From a virus (lineage: Duplodnaviria; Caudoviricetes), in the IMG/VR virus record IMGVR_UViG_3300042862_000163, positions 1-64,000 of that record: a DNA stretch of 64,000 nucleotides; one strand, given 5' to 3'. The notes under the pieces were generated by a model. That model had not been told where the DNA came from. It saw only the letters and a list, made by a program, of their open reading frames with translations, and made no database searches. A program made the translations under genes and the position numbers. Shown here piece after piece: positions 27,164-37,364 of this stretch. Within the stretch, counting starts at the first letter, position 1; every line of letters begins with the position of its first letter.

Positions 27164-27772
27164 ATGACAGTCTTACTAACATTAACTACAGCAGGAGCAG
27201 ACTCAGGACCATTATTTAATTTATATTCTAATATTGATTATGTAACACCTCTTCAAACAGGAGTGACTAAATCAGCATTACAATCAGGATACACATTATC
27301 AGGAGTACCTGATACTGCAACAATAATTAGAATAACATCTACAGGAACTTCTTGTACTAATTCTATAGATGTAACTGTAACAGGTGGTAGTACAACCACT
27401 ACTAGTAGTACTACATCTACACCAACACCAAATATTACTATAAGTAATAATAGTAATAATCTCAGTGTAGATATAAATGAAGTATATGTGAATGGTAATC
27501 CAGTTACTTTAGACTCTCCGTATTCTTTTCCTATAGGACCTAACACTATAGCATTAGGTACATATACTTTTATTCCTGGTAATACTGCTCAAACTGTACA
27601 GGTATTTACTAACAATGCTATAGATTCTCCTGTAACACTAACTGTATATACTCCTATTGTTCAGACACCGTGTCTGTTAACTACAGGAGATATTGTATTT
27701 ACTGGGTTAGATTTATCTACAGGTCCATCAATAAATCTAGATTTAGGCGGTGAAGGTGAACAATGTATATAA
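27164..27772 (+). CDS. Modular virion decoration protein
   Basis: Shared ~70-aa N-terminal module, Thr linker, beta-rich domain. Confidence 0.65.
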   Translation: MTVLLTLTTAGADSGPLFNLYSNIDYVTPLQTGVTKSALQSGYTLSGVPDTATIIRITSTGTSCTNSIDVTVTGGSTTTTSSTTSTPTPNITISNNSNNLSVDINEVYVNGNPVTLDSPYSFPIGPNTIALGTYTFIPGNTAQTVQVFTNNAIDSPVTLTVYTPIVQTPCLLTTGDIVFTGLDLSTGPSINLDLGGEGEQCI

Positions 27773-27787
27773 AATAAATTAAAAATT

Positions 27788-28645
27788 ATGACAGTATTAA
27801 TAAAATTAACAACAGTAGGAGTAGATTCAGGTCCATTATATAATTTATATTCAAGTCCTGATGGAATAACTTTTACAATATTAGTTACAGGAATTACTAA
27901 AACTGCATTAGTTGCAGGATACACTTCTACAACTGTACCAAATGGTACAACAATAATTAGAGTGTTATCTACAGGATCATGTACTAATTATGTAAATTTA
28001 ACTATATCAGGAATAGATTGTGATTTAGCAGCAACTGCTGTAATTACAACACCAGATCCATGTTTAGATTGTGTACCTGGCGAAGAAATCTTAATTGGAA
28101 CTCAAGAATGGACAAATTGCAATTTAAATGTAACAACTTATAGAGACGGTACGCCAATCCCACAAGTAACCGACCCAACTGCTTGGGCAGGATTGACTAC
28201 AGGTGCTTGGTGTTATTATAATAATGATTCAGCTAACGGACCGACCTATGGTAAACTATACAATTGGTATGCTGTAAATAATACTGCTAATGGAGGATTA
28301 GCGCCTTTAGGTTACCATATACCAACAAGTACTGAGTTTAATACTCTTACTACATTTTTAGGCGGAGAAACTGTTGCAGGAGGTAAGATGAAAGAGGCAG
28401 GATTGTGTCATTGGTCAACACCAAATACGGATGCTACTAACACAAGTGGTTTTACAGGTCTTCCTGGAGGGTACCGTGACGATGAAGTATTTATTGAAAT
28501 AAGTAATTATGGTTTATGGTGGAGTTCTACAGAGGCAGTTATAGCATTCGCTACTTATCTTTTATTAGGTTACGATAATAGCAATGCTTTTATATACGAT
28601 AATGATAAGAATTATGGTTTCTCTGTAAGATTAATAAAAGATTAA
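27788..28645 (+). CDS. Modular virion protein with FISUMP domain
   Basis: Same N-terminal module as 27164; FISUMP motifs YGKLYNWYAV, GFTGLPGG, WWSS, GFSVRLIKD. Confidence 0.8.
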   Translation: MTVLIKLTTVGVDSGPLYNLYSSPDGITFTILVTGITKTALVAGYTSTTVPNGTTIIRVLSTGSCTNYVNLTISGIDCDLAATAVITTPDPCLDCVPGEEILIGTQEWTNCNLNVTTYRDGTPIPQVTDPTAWAGLTTGAWCYYNNDSANGPTYGKLYNWYAVNNTANGGLAPLGYHIPTSTEFNTLTTFLGGETVAGGKMKEAGLCHWSTPNTDATNTSGFTGLPGGYRDDEVFIEISNYGLWWSSTEAVIAFATYLLLGYDNSNAFIYDNDKNYGFSVRLIKD

Positions 28646-28694
28646 CAATATAAAATAAAATAAAAAACCTTGTTTTGTTGGTTTTACCAGGTTT

Positions 28695-28727
28695 CTCCTT
28701 AGACATTTGTCTAGGGAGTTTTTGTTT
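28695..28727 (+). terminator. Intrinsic terminator
   Basis: CTCCTTAGACA-TT-TGTCTAGGGAG followed by TTTTTGTTT. Confidence 0.7.
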
Positions 28728-28803
28728 ATAACAATTTTAGTTATAAAGAATAACCTATTTAATTAAATTTATTTGGATAGTATAAAAACTATATTTATCT
28801 TTA
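28725..28803 (+). promoter_or_regulatory. Palindromic operator plus promoter (copy 1)
   Basis: TTTATAAC-N7-GTTATAAA-GAATAACC, 16 nt, TTTG, 20 nt, TATCTTTA. Confidence 0.6.
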
Positions 28804-28830
28804 CCCTAATTTAATTAAACTAAACTATAT

Positions 28831-30054
28831 ATGTCTGAGAATCAAGATTTATTATTCAAGTTAGAAGAGTTATTGAGTCAAAAGAAAAGTAAAAAATTCT
28901 ATGCTGAAAAACTAGGAATAAGTGAGTTTGAAGTGAATGAACTTTTAAAAGAATTAAGAGAAAAAGATACAGAAGTTCCTATGGAACTTAATGTTTCTAC
29001 AGGAGAAATCAGAAAAGTGAATGTTGAAAAAGGTACAATAGAAAGTACTGTTACTAGTGCATTTGAACCTAAAGATGATATTGAGTTAGCTAAATTACAT
29101 AAGATAAATCTAGATAAGTATGTTATTACAAACTACTGGTCTAAGATGTTACCAAGTGGAAGTTTTACTTCCTCAGTCTTTTCAAAAAGAAAAGAAGCAA
29201 AAGATTACTCTGCTGAAGACTTTTCTAAGTTTTTAGAAAATTACAAACCAAATAATATATCAGTTAGTGAAGCTTTACTTGATCCTAATAAAGATCATGT
29301 AGATGTAGAAATATCAATAGCTGATTATCATTTAGCTAAAAGATGTGTAGATGGAGATAATGATCCATCTATAAGAGCTAAAAGATATTTTGAAATAGCT
29401 CAATCTTTAGTTAAAAAAGTATGGCTTAATTACAACATAGACACCGTAGTATTACCTATATCAAATGATTTCTTTCATACTGATAACTACCAAAACCAAA
29501 CTACACAAGGTACTCCACAGGATACTATTATGGAATATCATTCAGAATATGAATTAGGATTTTCAGTTTTAGTAGATACAATTAATATGTTAAGACAATA
29601 TTGCAGTGAAGTTAAAGTTGTTCTAGTACAAGGTAATCATGACAGAACTAAATCTTTTTACTTAGCACATGCATTAGATATATTCTTCAAAAATGATTAT
29701 GATGTAGAATTCATAAGAGAACATTCAGTCATTAAAGGAATAACATTAGGTAATACATTTATTGGCTGGCATCATGGAAATTGTAAATTAGATGATCTTC
29801 CTTTATTGTTTGCAACACATCCTCAATATAGTCAAGCATTTGGTAATGCTAAATATAGAGAAGTTCATACAGGTGATAAACATCACTATATGGCCAAGGA
29901 ACTTAAAGGAGTAAGAATACAACAAATGCCTAGCTTATCAGGAACTGATAGATGGCACCTAGATAATAATTTTGTCCACTCAGTTAGAGCTGCATTAGCT
30001 CTTGTATATGATCCTGTACTAGGCAAGATTGCAGAATTTGAACAACGAATATAA
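28831..30054 (+). CDS. Calcineurin-like metallophosphoesterase with N-terminal HTH
   Basis: ADYH, NDFFH, GNHD, HHG and GDKHH motifs; N-terminal YAEKLGISEFEV. Confidence 0.85.
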   Translation: MSENQDLLFKLEELLSQKKSKKFYAEKLGISEFEVNELLKELREKDTEVPMELNVSTGEIRKVNVEKGTIESTVTSAFEPKDDIELAKLHKINLDKYVITNYWSKMLPSGSFTSSVFSKRKEAKDYSAEDFSKFLENYKPNNISVSEALLDPNKDHVDVEISIADYHLAKRCVDGDNDPSIRAKRYFEIAQSLVKKVWLNYNIDTVVLPISNDFFHTDNYQNQTTQGTPQDTIMEYHSEYELGFSVLVDTINMLRQYCSEVKVVLVQGNHDRTKSFYLAHALDIFFKNDYDVEFIREHSVIKGITLGNTFIGWHHGNCKLDDLPLLFATHPQYSQAFGNAKYREVHTGDKHHYMAKELKGVRIQQMPSLSGTDRWHLDNNFVHSVRAALALVYDPVLGKIAEFEQRI

Positions 30055-30057
30055 ATT

Positions 30058-30786
30058 ATGGCAACATTAAGAAAATTAGTATCAGATGTTAGAAGTGTCC
30101 ACAAGATACTTTCAACTGACTCTTTGATAACAGATAGAGCAATAGCTAGCGAAATAAGAAACAATTCTTTATTGCTTATTAAACGTGAAACCAATCTTAG
30201 AAAGCTTTGGGCTACTGATACATTGTTCACTACTATACCATGTCTTGAGATGTGTGAAGTGTCTATTTCTGAATGTTGTGATTATGTAGATCCTTGTTCA
30301 ATAGCTAGAACTAAATTTAAACTCCCACGTATATCTGAAGGAAACTATCAGTATGTTATACAAGGAGTTTATTCTATTAATGCTATGAGTGGTAAAGGAA
30401 AGAAACTAAAAGAAATATCTATTAATAGATATATAAACTTATTAAAACTTCCTGTAATTAAGAATGAAGAATACTTCTGGATATCTAATGGATATTTATA
30501 TGTAAACAATCCATTACTTAAAGCAATTAGATTTGTAGCATTCTTTGAAGAAGATGTTGATAATGAAATTATGTATCCTGAATGTGGATGCGGATCTCCA
30601 GATTATACAAATGAACAATTATGTATGAATCCTTTGGATAAAGAGTTTGCTCTTCCTGGATACTTAGAACAACAAGTCTTAGAGCTTACATCTAAAAAAC
30701 TTTTATCTACATATTTCAATATTAAATCAGATGTTAGTGCAGAAGGAATAGATGGTCAATCTCCAAATTCAAAACCAACTAATTAA
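30058..30786 (+). CDS. Tail ring/structural protein
   Basis: crAss-like synteny before the IHF-like and tubular genes. Confidence 0.6.
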   Translation: MATLRKLVSDVRSVHKILSTDSLITDRAIASEIRNNSLLLIKRETNLRKLWATDTLFTTIPCLEMCEVSISECCDYVDPCSIARTKFKLPRISEGNYQYVIQGVYSINAMSGKGKKLKEISINRYINLLKLPVIKNEEYFWISNGYLYVNNPLLKAIRFVAFFEEDVDNEIMYPECGCGSPDYTNEQLCMNPLDKEFALPGYLEQQVLELTSKKLLSTYFNIKSDVSAEGIDGQSPNSKPTN

Positions 30787-31265
30787 TGTCAAGAGTAAAA
30801 GTAGACTGGAGATCTTCTAGTAAAGATAACTATAATCATTTCTGTAAAAGTTATCCTTCTATTAAACTTACATTCGATGAATGGAGAAACATAGTCTACA
30901 CATATAATGAATTATTTAAAGAATATATTTTAGAGACAGGAGAGAAAGCAAAACTACCATATGGTTTTGGAGAATTTTCTATCAATAAAAAGAAACGAAG
31001 AAAGATGACCCATGCTGATGGTAAAGAGTTTATAAACTTACCAATTGATTGGCAAAAAACTAAAGAGAAAGGAAAGGTGATATATAATTTTAATTATCAC
31101 ACAGAAGGTTATTTCTTTGGTTGGATGTGGTTTAAACCCACAGCACGTTTTAAGAACTCTGGACTTTGGTACTTCAAACCTTCCAGACTTACATCAAGAC
31201 TACTATCACACTATTTAAAAACCAACGATAAATATCAACATATATATCGAGAATGGAAACACTAA
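30786..31265 (+). CDS. IHF/HU-related basic protein of the crAss tail module
   Basis: KLPYGFGEFSINKKK and IDWQKTK motifs. Confidence 0.65.
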   Translation: MSRVKVDWRSSSKDNYNHFCKSYPSIKLTFDEWRNIVYTYNELFKEYILETGEKAKLPYGFGEFSINKKKRRKMTHADGKEFINLPIDWQKTKEKGKVIYNFNYHTEGYFFGWMWFKPTARFKNSGLWYFKPSRLTSRLLSHYLKTNDKYQHIYREWKH

Positions 31266-31272
31266 ATAAATT

Positions 31273-32202
31273 ATGAGCTACTATTATAAATATGCTTTTA
31301 TAAGCCCAGAACCTATCTACTCAACCGTTAAGGAAGAACTTAAGTCATATATGGATACAGGTGCTGTAGATGATTTATTATTTCCTACTTATTTAGACAA
31401 AGCTCTAAAGAAGTTAGGAAGAACAACTTATGTGATTACTGAAGAAGTTCTTATTATTGAAGACTTTCAAGCAAGACTTCCTGATAACTTTTATGCTGTT
31501 AGAGAAGCTTGGATGACTACACAAGTATCTGGATATCCATATCAATCAGCTAATTCATTCTATTCACAAGCATATACTGAAACTACTATTCAAGTATCTC
31601 CTATTACTACTGATTGTAGTGTTGTTGGTCCTTGTTGTGCTAATGTTGGTTGTGATGGTTCATGTATGCCAGAATTAATACAGACTGTATATAAGACAAA
31701 CAATAGTGTGACTAGAGGATTTAATCATAGTTATTTACTTAAACCTGGAAATATATCTGCAAGACAAAACTGTGATGTATCTTACACAAATAACTTTACA
31801 CCTGGATCTGCAAGTATTGATTCATTTGATATACGAGATAACAAGTTTGTAACTAACTTCAGAAATGGTGTTGTACATTTAATATTTTATGCTACAGAGT
31901 ATGATGAAATAGGAAATCAATTAATTCCTGATAATTATCGTATAAGAGAATATGTAGAAGCATTTCTTAAGTTTAAAATATTTGAAACGTTAACTAATCA
32001 AACTAATGATGAAACTTTCAATCAGTTACAACAAAAGTTAATGTATCATAAACAAGCATATGAAGAAGCCTTTATTATGGCTAGTATTGAAATCAAGAAA
32101 CAAACTCCTTGGGAAAAACAACAAAGGATTAAGAATGATTTGAATAGATTTAATATGTATGAACTTCCTACTAGTAGATATGGAAGACGTAGAAATAATT
32201 AA
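31273..32202 (+). CDS. Tail tubular/ring protein
   Basis: Immediately precedes the muzzle gene; LP..F and DE.G..LIPD motifs. Confidence 0.7.
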   Translation: MSYYYKYAFISPEPIYSTVKEELKSYMDTGAVDDLLFPTYLDKALKKLGRTTYVITEEVLIIEDFQARLPDNFYAVREAWMTTQVSGYPYQSANSFYSQAYTETTIQVSPITTDCSVVGPCCANVGCDGSCMPELIQTVYKTNNSVTRGFNHSYLLKPGNISARQNCDVSYTNNFTPGSASIDSFDIRDNKFVTNFRNGVVHLIFYATEYDEIGNQLIPDNYRIREYVEAFLKFKIFETLTNQTNDETFNQLQQKLMYHKQAYEEAFIMASIEIKKQTPWEKQQRIKNDLNRFNMYELPTSRYGRRRNN

Positions 32203-32210
32203 TATATATC

Positions 32211-35200
32211 ATGGCTGAAGAAGAAAAAGGCAATATAAGACAAGAATATAATAATGCAACTGTAGGACTTAATATGGATCAAACTTTGAACCAGATTAAA
32301 CCAGGCACTCTTACTTATGCATTGAATGCTGCTTTAGAAAACTTTGATTCATCGTCTGTTAATTATCAGAATGAACAAGGAAATGAACTTTGTTTATCTT
32401 TTCCAAAAAACTATGTATTAATAGGAGAACATTTTATCAACGAAAAAAGTAAACATATATTCTTTATTACCAATCCTAATGATGGTTCATCTGAGATAGG
32501 TTATATGGATAATAATGATTGTATATATCATACATTAGTTAATGCAGCATGTCTTAATTTTAATATTGATAATCCAATACATAAAGCTGTACATAAAATA
32601 GCTAATTGTAAAACTGAAATTTATTGGACAGATGGATTTAATCCAAGAAGATATTTAGATATTGAAAATATTCCTTATACATTAACTTCTGATTCAGATC
32701 TTTGTGATCCTACATATACTAAAATATTAGATTGTAATCAATTAAAAATACAACCTAATTTTAACATTCCAGATCTTTCAGTTGTAGATATTACAACTGG
32801 AGGAGCTTTAATTTCTGGTACATATCAATTTGCTGTACAATATGCAGATGCTTCTGGTAATCCATATACATCGTATTATTCTATTACAAACCCTACACCA
32901 ATTGCTGATATTAGTATTACAACGGTAAATTATAATTACAATGTAGGTAAGTCAATTGTTATTGATGTTTCTAATTTAGATACAACAGGAGAATATACAT
33001 ATTTTAACTTAGCAGTTATTAAAACAATAAATGCAGTGAGTTCTGTTGAATTAGTTGGTACATATTTTATTGATAATTCAACAAGACAAATAACTTATAC
33101 TGGACAAGATGTCACTGCCATAAGATTATCTATTAATGATATATTTGAAAAGTTTCCATATTATGATATAGCTGAAGATTTAACTACAGCACAAGATGTT
33201 CTTATATGGGATGGACTTGTATCTATTGATAGAATCAATTATCAAGAAATAGCAACAGGTATAAATTTACTTTGGGAAACATATAAATTACCACCAACTG
33301 AAAACTATTCAGATGAATTAAATGCTACTAATCTAAGAGGTTATCTTCGTGATGAGGTGTATGCTTTTGAAATTGCATTCCTACTTAGAAATGGAAAACA
33401 AACAGATGGTTTTCATATACCAGGTAGAGAAGCAATAAGTAGTGATTTAGTTAGTGTTCCTAATACAAATCAAGATTTTATTGGTGAAGGCACAAGTGCT
33501 CCTTATTGGGAAATTTACAACACTGCTTCTGTAATTAATGCATCTCCTGTAGATGCAACAACTAATATTGGTAATGCCACTGCTTACAACTATGGTAAAT
33601 TTGCATATTGGGAATCTACAGAAGAATATCCATGCAACACTAATGTATGGGGAGATCTTGGTGGACAAAAGATTAGACATCATAAGTTTCCAGATGTATT
33701 AGTATCTCCTATTACAAAACCAGTCATAGGATATGATCCTCTTACAGGATTATCTTTTCAAAATAATAATGTATTTCCTATAGGAGTAAAAATAGATATT
33801 ACTCAAGTAAATACTTTAATTCAAAGTTCTTCTCTTACAGATGAACAAAAAGCAGATATAGTAGGATTTAAAATACTAAGAGGAGATAGAGCAACAAATA
33901 AATCTATTGTAGGTAAAGGAATTCTTCGTAATGTAGGAAGATATAAAAGAGAAGAACAATCTTTTTATTTTCCTAATTATCCGTATAATGATATTAATGA
34001 AGATCCATTTATTAATGCAACTAATAATGGATGGACACAGTTATGTGAACCGTTTGTTGTAAATGTTACTTCACTTGGACCTAATGGTTATGTTGAAATA
34101 GAATACACTAGTTGTAATACTGATAAATCAATAAAAGAAAAATTATACACATTAGGAATTCATAACATTTGTGCTATTACAAAACCTATAATTTATAGTG
34201 GTACTGCTACATCTGCATATGGTAATTATAATGTTTGGAGAATTGCTTCTACTGGCACAGCTATTCAATTTTGTGCTGGATGGCGAGCACGATGGACAGA
34301 TGAATTTGGAGAGATAAAAGAAGAATGGGTAGAAGGATGGCCAACAAATTCTAGTTATATTATTCATGTAAAGGTAGGAACAGAACCTGTATGTATTGAT
34401 GGATGCGATCATTGTGGTAAAACTATTCAAGCTAGACCTGACGAAGATGTACGTGCAGCAAATCAATGTAAAGTTCCTACACCTCAACCTCCAATTGATG
34501 ATGAAACTAATCAACCTCTTCCATATAGACAAATATTTAATTCACCAGAAACATCATTTGGTCAACCCTTTTTAGGAGATATTGTTAAATTGGAGAATGT
34601 AATATATGGTAAAGGATCTGCACATTTTGTACAAGTTAGAAGTAATGCTAAATATAGACTTCTTACAAAAGAAGCACAAGAAGATGCATTGGATAGTTCT
34701 AGTAGATTGGGAAATATTACAGCTCAATTTAATGCTACTGCTATGTTTACAACATATCAAGCATATCTACAAATATATATAAATGGTATAACAAGAAGAA
34801 ATTATGCATATTCATTTAACTCTACAGCTAGTTATGATTATAATGCAGAGATAACTAATACTGGAAATAAACAAAGAACACTAGATATCAAAAGATATTT
34901 AATTCCAGGAGTACAAAATGTAGGTGATGATTTTAATATAAATAATTATCAAAGAGAATCTTCTGTTTATTTAAAAACAGATGATGCTAAAACTGCATTA
35001 CCATTTCCTAGTAATAGTACTGAAATGGCTAGTATAGGAGTAACAGATAAATCTAGATTTACTGTAAGTAGTGGTAGTTCTTGTGGAACTCCTGCTCAAG
35101 AAAAAGACATTAGTGTTGTTTCTTATTATGCATCATTGAAAAATACTTTTGTTAATCAATGGGGACAAATATATTCTTATGTTACTATTGATACAGGATT

Positions 35201-37355
35201 TCAAAAAAATACTAAAACTACAGGAAGCTCTACAATATTTGGCGGAGATACATTTATAAGTAGATTTGCATTTAAAACTAAACTTCCATTCTTTATTGAT
35301 AATAGAGTTAATGCTCCAGATGATAGTGATGTATTTTATGATGAAATTGGTAATATAGCTTATCCTAAATATTGGCACTCAGCTAGATCTATATTAAGTA
35401 ATTATGAAAAAAATAATTCAGGTACATTATCTAATATAATTTCATATAAAGCTCATGAGTTTGATTGTAAAAATAGTCAAGAGTTAATACCATCAACTGC
35501 TAAAGCAGATACAAATCCTAATAGAACATTCTACGATGGATACTTTTATTTATTTGCATATGGTATTCCTAACTTCTATTGTGAGAGTTCTTATAATACA
35601 GATCTTAGACAAGCATTTAATAATAGAGAAGGTGATTTCTGGCCACATGTATCTACAGGTATTCCTGATGATTGGGTACAAGAAGATTTTGTAAGTATAG
35701 CTAACGATAATACATATACATATAATGTAACATTCTCTAAACAGAATAAAGAAAATACATTTACACATCTTCCTCCTGACTGGGATGGAAAAGCTTGTTA
35801 TACATATTATCCATTTAGAGCAATTTATTCTGATACACAGAATACAGATGCTGATAACAGAGTGAATAGTTGGTTAACATATAGAGCAGTTTCATATTTT
35901 GACTTTCCTCAAAACTACGGAAACTTAATATCATTAGATGGTATTCAGAATAGAGCTATACTTGCTAGATTTGAGAATAAAACATTAATGTATAATAACT
36001 TACTTACTATTGATACAAGTAATCCACAAGCAGCTTATGTTGGTAATCCAATGTTATTTAAAGGAGCTCCTCCAATAGATTTTGCTGAAACAGATCTTGG
36101 ATATGTAGGAAGTCAAAATAAAATGTTATTAAAGATTCCAAATGGACAAATAACAATTGATGCTAAAAGAGGACAAGTGTTTCTTATTGTAGGTACACAG
36201 GCTCAAGACTTATCTGCATTTGGTTCTGGTATGAATAGATTCTTTACAGATCATTTAGCATTTGAAATATTAAGATATTATCCAAATGTAGATACTGATA
36301 ATCATTTTAATGGTGTAGGTTTACATGCTGTATATGATAGTAAATTTGATAGAGTAATAATTACTAAATTAGATTATATTCCTCTAAATAATAATATTAA
36401 ATATAATTCTACAACTAAAGAATTTTACATAGAAGAAGTAGTAGGTGATTCAACAATAACAATAGTTGTTGATTTAAAAGATTCAGATTATTTTTGTAAT
36501 AAGTCTTGGACACTTTCATTTAACATGAATACCAAAACTTGGATAAGTTTTCATAGTTATATTCCTAATTGGTACATAGCTGAGAATAACTTCTTCTATT
36601 CAGGAGTAAATGGATGTTGTGATGATTTTGATTTTGTTGCTGGAATATTAGTTCCTACACCATCAACTACAACCACTACTACTATTGCAATTTTAGATTG
36701 TAGAATAGATGGAGAAGCTCATTTATTTGATTGTACAATTGATGGAGAAGCTACAGTATTTGATTGTGCATTAGAAGCAACTGGTGTAGTTGTAATTGAA
36801 CCTTGCACAAGACCTGCAGGATTACAAACAATTAGTTTGATAACAGGATATACTACAACAGACCCTCCATCTACAGTAATATCTACAGCAAATTCAGAAG
36901 ATGCTTGTAATGCAGTTGCTTATGTAACAACTTATCCAGATTTTATATATATATTATTATCTGCAAAAGCAATAAATCTTACATTATTTCAAGAAGTATA
37001 TTTAGATAATGGTACAAATGATTGTACTACAGTACCTGATGGCTGGTATTTTACAGATGAGAGTGCAAATACAACAACAGATGTGTATCACATTGAATCA
37101 GGGATAATTACAGAAATTTTAAGATGTGTTCCTGCAACAACAACAACAACTACAACAATAGCTTGTTTCTCATATACAATAAGTAAAACAACAGTGGGAG
37201 TTGTAACAGTGAGTTATACTGATTGTTCAGGAGTTACCCAAACTGTAAATATTGGTAACTCTGGTGGAGGACCTTCAACTCAAACATTCTGTGCACGAAG
37301 TGGTAGTGTAATTACACCTCCTGAAGTAACATTAATTAATAATGGACCTTGTTAA
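32211..37355 (+). CDS. Muzzle/tail stabilization protein, N-terminal main part plus appended domains
   Basis: GLNMD...ALNA...NEQGN start, IYWTDG.NP.RY, G.YQFA..Y, GGDTFI, W.SFHSY.P; then Thr linkers and extra domains. Confidence 0.82.
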   Translation: MAEEEKGNIRQEYNNATVGLNMDQTLNQIKPGTLTYALNAALENFDSSSVNYQNEQGNELCLSFPKNYVLIGEHFINEKSKHIFFITNPNDGSSEIGYMDNNDCIYHTLVNAACLNFNIDNPIHKAVHKIANCKTEIYWTDGFNPRRYLDIENIPYTLTSDSDLCDPTYTKILDCNQLKIQPNFNIPDLSVVDITTGGALISGTYQFAVQYADASGNPYTSYYSITNPTPIADISITTVNYNYNVGKSIVIDVSNLDTTGEYTYFNLAVIKTINAVSSVELVGTYFIDNSTRQITYTGQDVTAIRLSINDIFEKFPYYDIAEDLTTAQDVLIWDGLVSIDRINYQEIATGINLLWETYKLPPTENYSDELNATNLRGYLRDEVYAFEIAFLLRNGKQTDGFHIPGREAISSDLVSVPNTNQDFIGEGTSAPYWEIYNTASVINASPVDATTNIGNATAYNYGKFAYWESTEEYPCNTNVWGDLGGQKIRHHKFPDVLVSPITKPVIGYDPLTGLSFQNNNVFPIGVKIDITQVNTLIQSSSLTDEQKADIVGFKILRGDRATNKSIVGKGILRNVGRYKREEQSFYFPNYPYNDINEDPFINATNNGWTQLCEPFVVNVTSLGPNGYVEIEYTSCNTDKSIKEKLYTLGIHNICAITKPIIYSGTATSAYGNYNVWRIASTGTAIQFCAGWRARWTDEFGEIKEEWVEGWPTNSSYIIHVKVGTEPVCIDGCDHCGKTIQARPDEDVRAANQCKVPTPQPPIDDETNQPLPYRQIFNSPETSFGQPFLGDIVKLENVIYGKGSAHFVQVRSNAKYRLLTKEAQEDALDSSSRLGNITAQFNATAMFTTYQAYLQIYINGITRRNYAYSFNSTASYDYNAEITNTGNKQRTLDIKRYLIPGVQNVGDDFNINNYQRESSVYLKTDDAKTALPFPSNSTEMASIGVTDKSRFTVSSGSSCGTPAQEKDISVVSYYASLKNTFVNQWGQIYSYVTIDTGFQKNTKTTGSSTIFGGDTFISRFAFKTKLPFFIDNRVNAPDDSDVFYDEIGNIAYPKYWHSARSILSNYEKNNSGTLSNIISYKAHEFDCKNSQELIPSTAKADTNPNRTFYDGYFYLFAYGIPNFYCESSYNTDLRQAFNNREGDFWPHVSTGIPDDWVQEDFVSIANDNTYTYNVTFSKQNKENTFTHLPPDWDGKACYTYYPFRAIYSDTQNTDADNRVNSWLTYRAVSYFDFPQNYGNLISLDGIQNRAILARFENKTLMYNNLLTIDTSNPQAAYVGNPMLFKGAPPIDFAETDLGYVGSQNKMLLKIPNGQITIDAKRGQVFLIVGTQAQDLSAFGSGMNRFFTDHLAFEILRYYPNVDTDNHFNGVGLHAVYDSKFDRVIITKLDYIPLNNNIKYNSTTKEFYIEEVVGDSTITIVVDLKDSDYFCNKSWTLSFNMNTKTWISFHSYIPNWYIAENNFFYSGVNGCCDDFDFVAGILVPTPSTTTTTTIAILDCRIDGEAHLFDCTIDGEATVFDCALEATGVVVIEPCTRPAGLQTISLITGYTTTDPPSTVISTANSEDACNAVAYVTTYPDFIYILLSAKAINLTLFQEVYLDNGTNDCTTVPDGWYFTDESANTTTDVYHIESGIITEILRCVPATTTTTTTIACFSYTISKTTVGVVTVSYTDCSGVTQTVNIGNSGGGPSTQTFCARSGSVITPPEVTLINNGPC

Positions 37356-37364
37356 TAAATTAAT

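Noticed and set aside
24250-28830. Complete DGR or CRISPR array
   Set aside because: No reverse transcriptase, template repeat or regularly spaced direct repeats in the window
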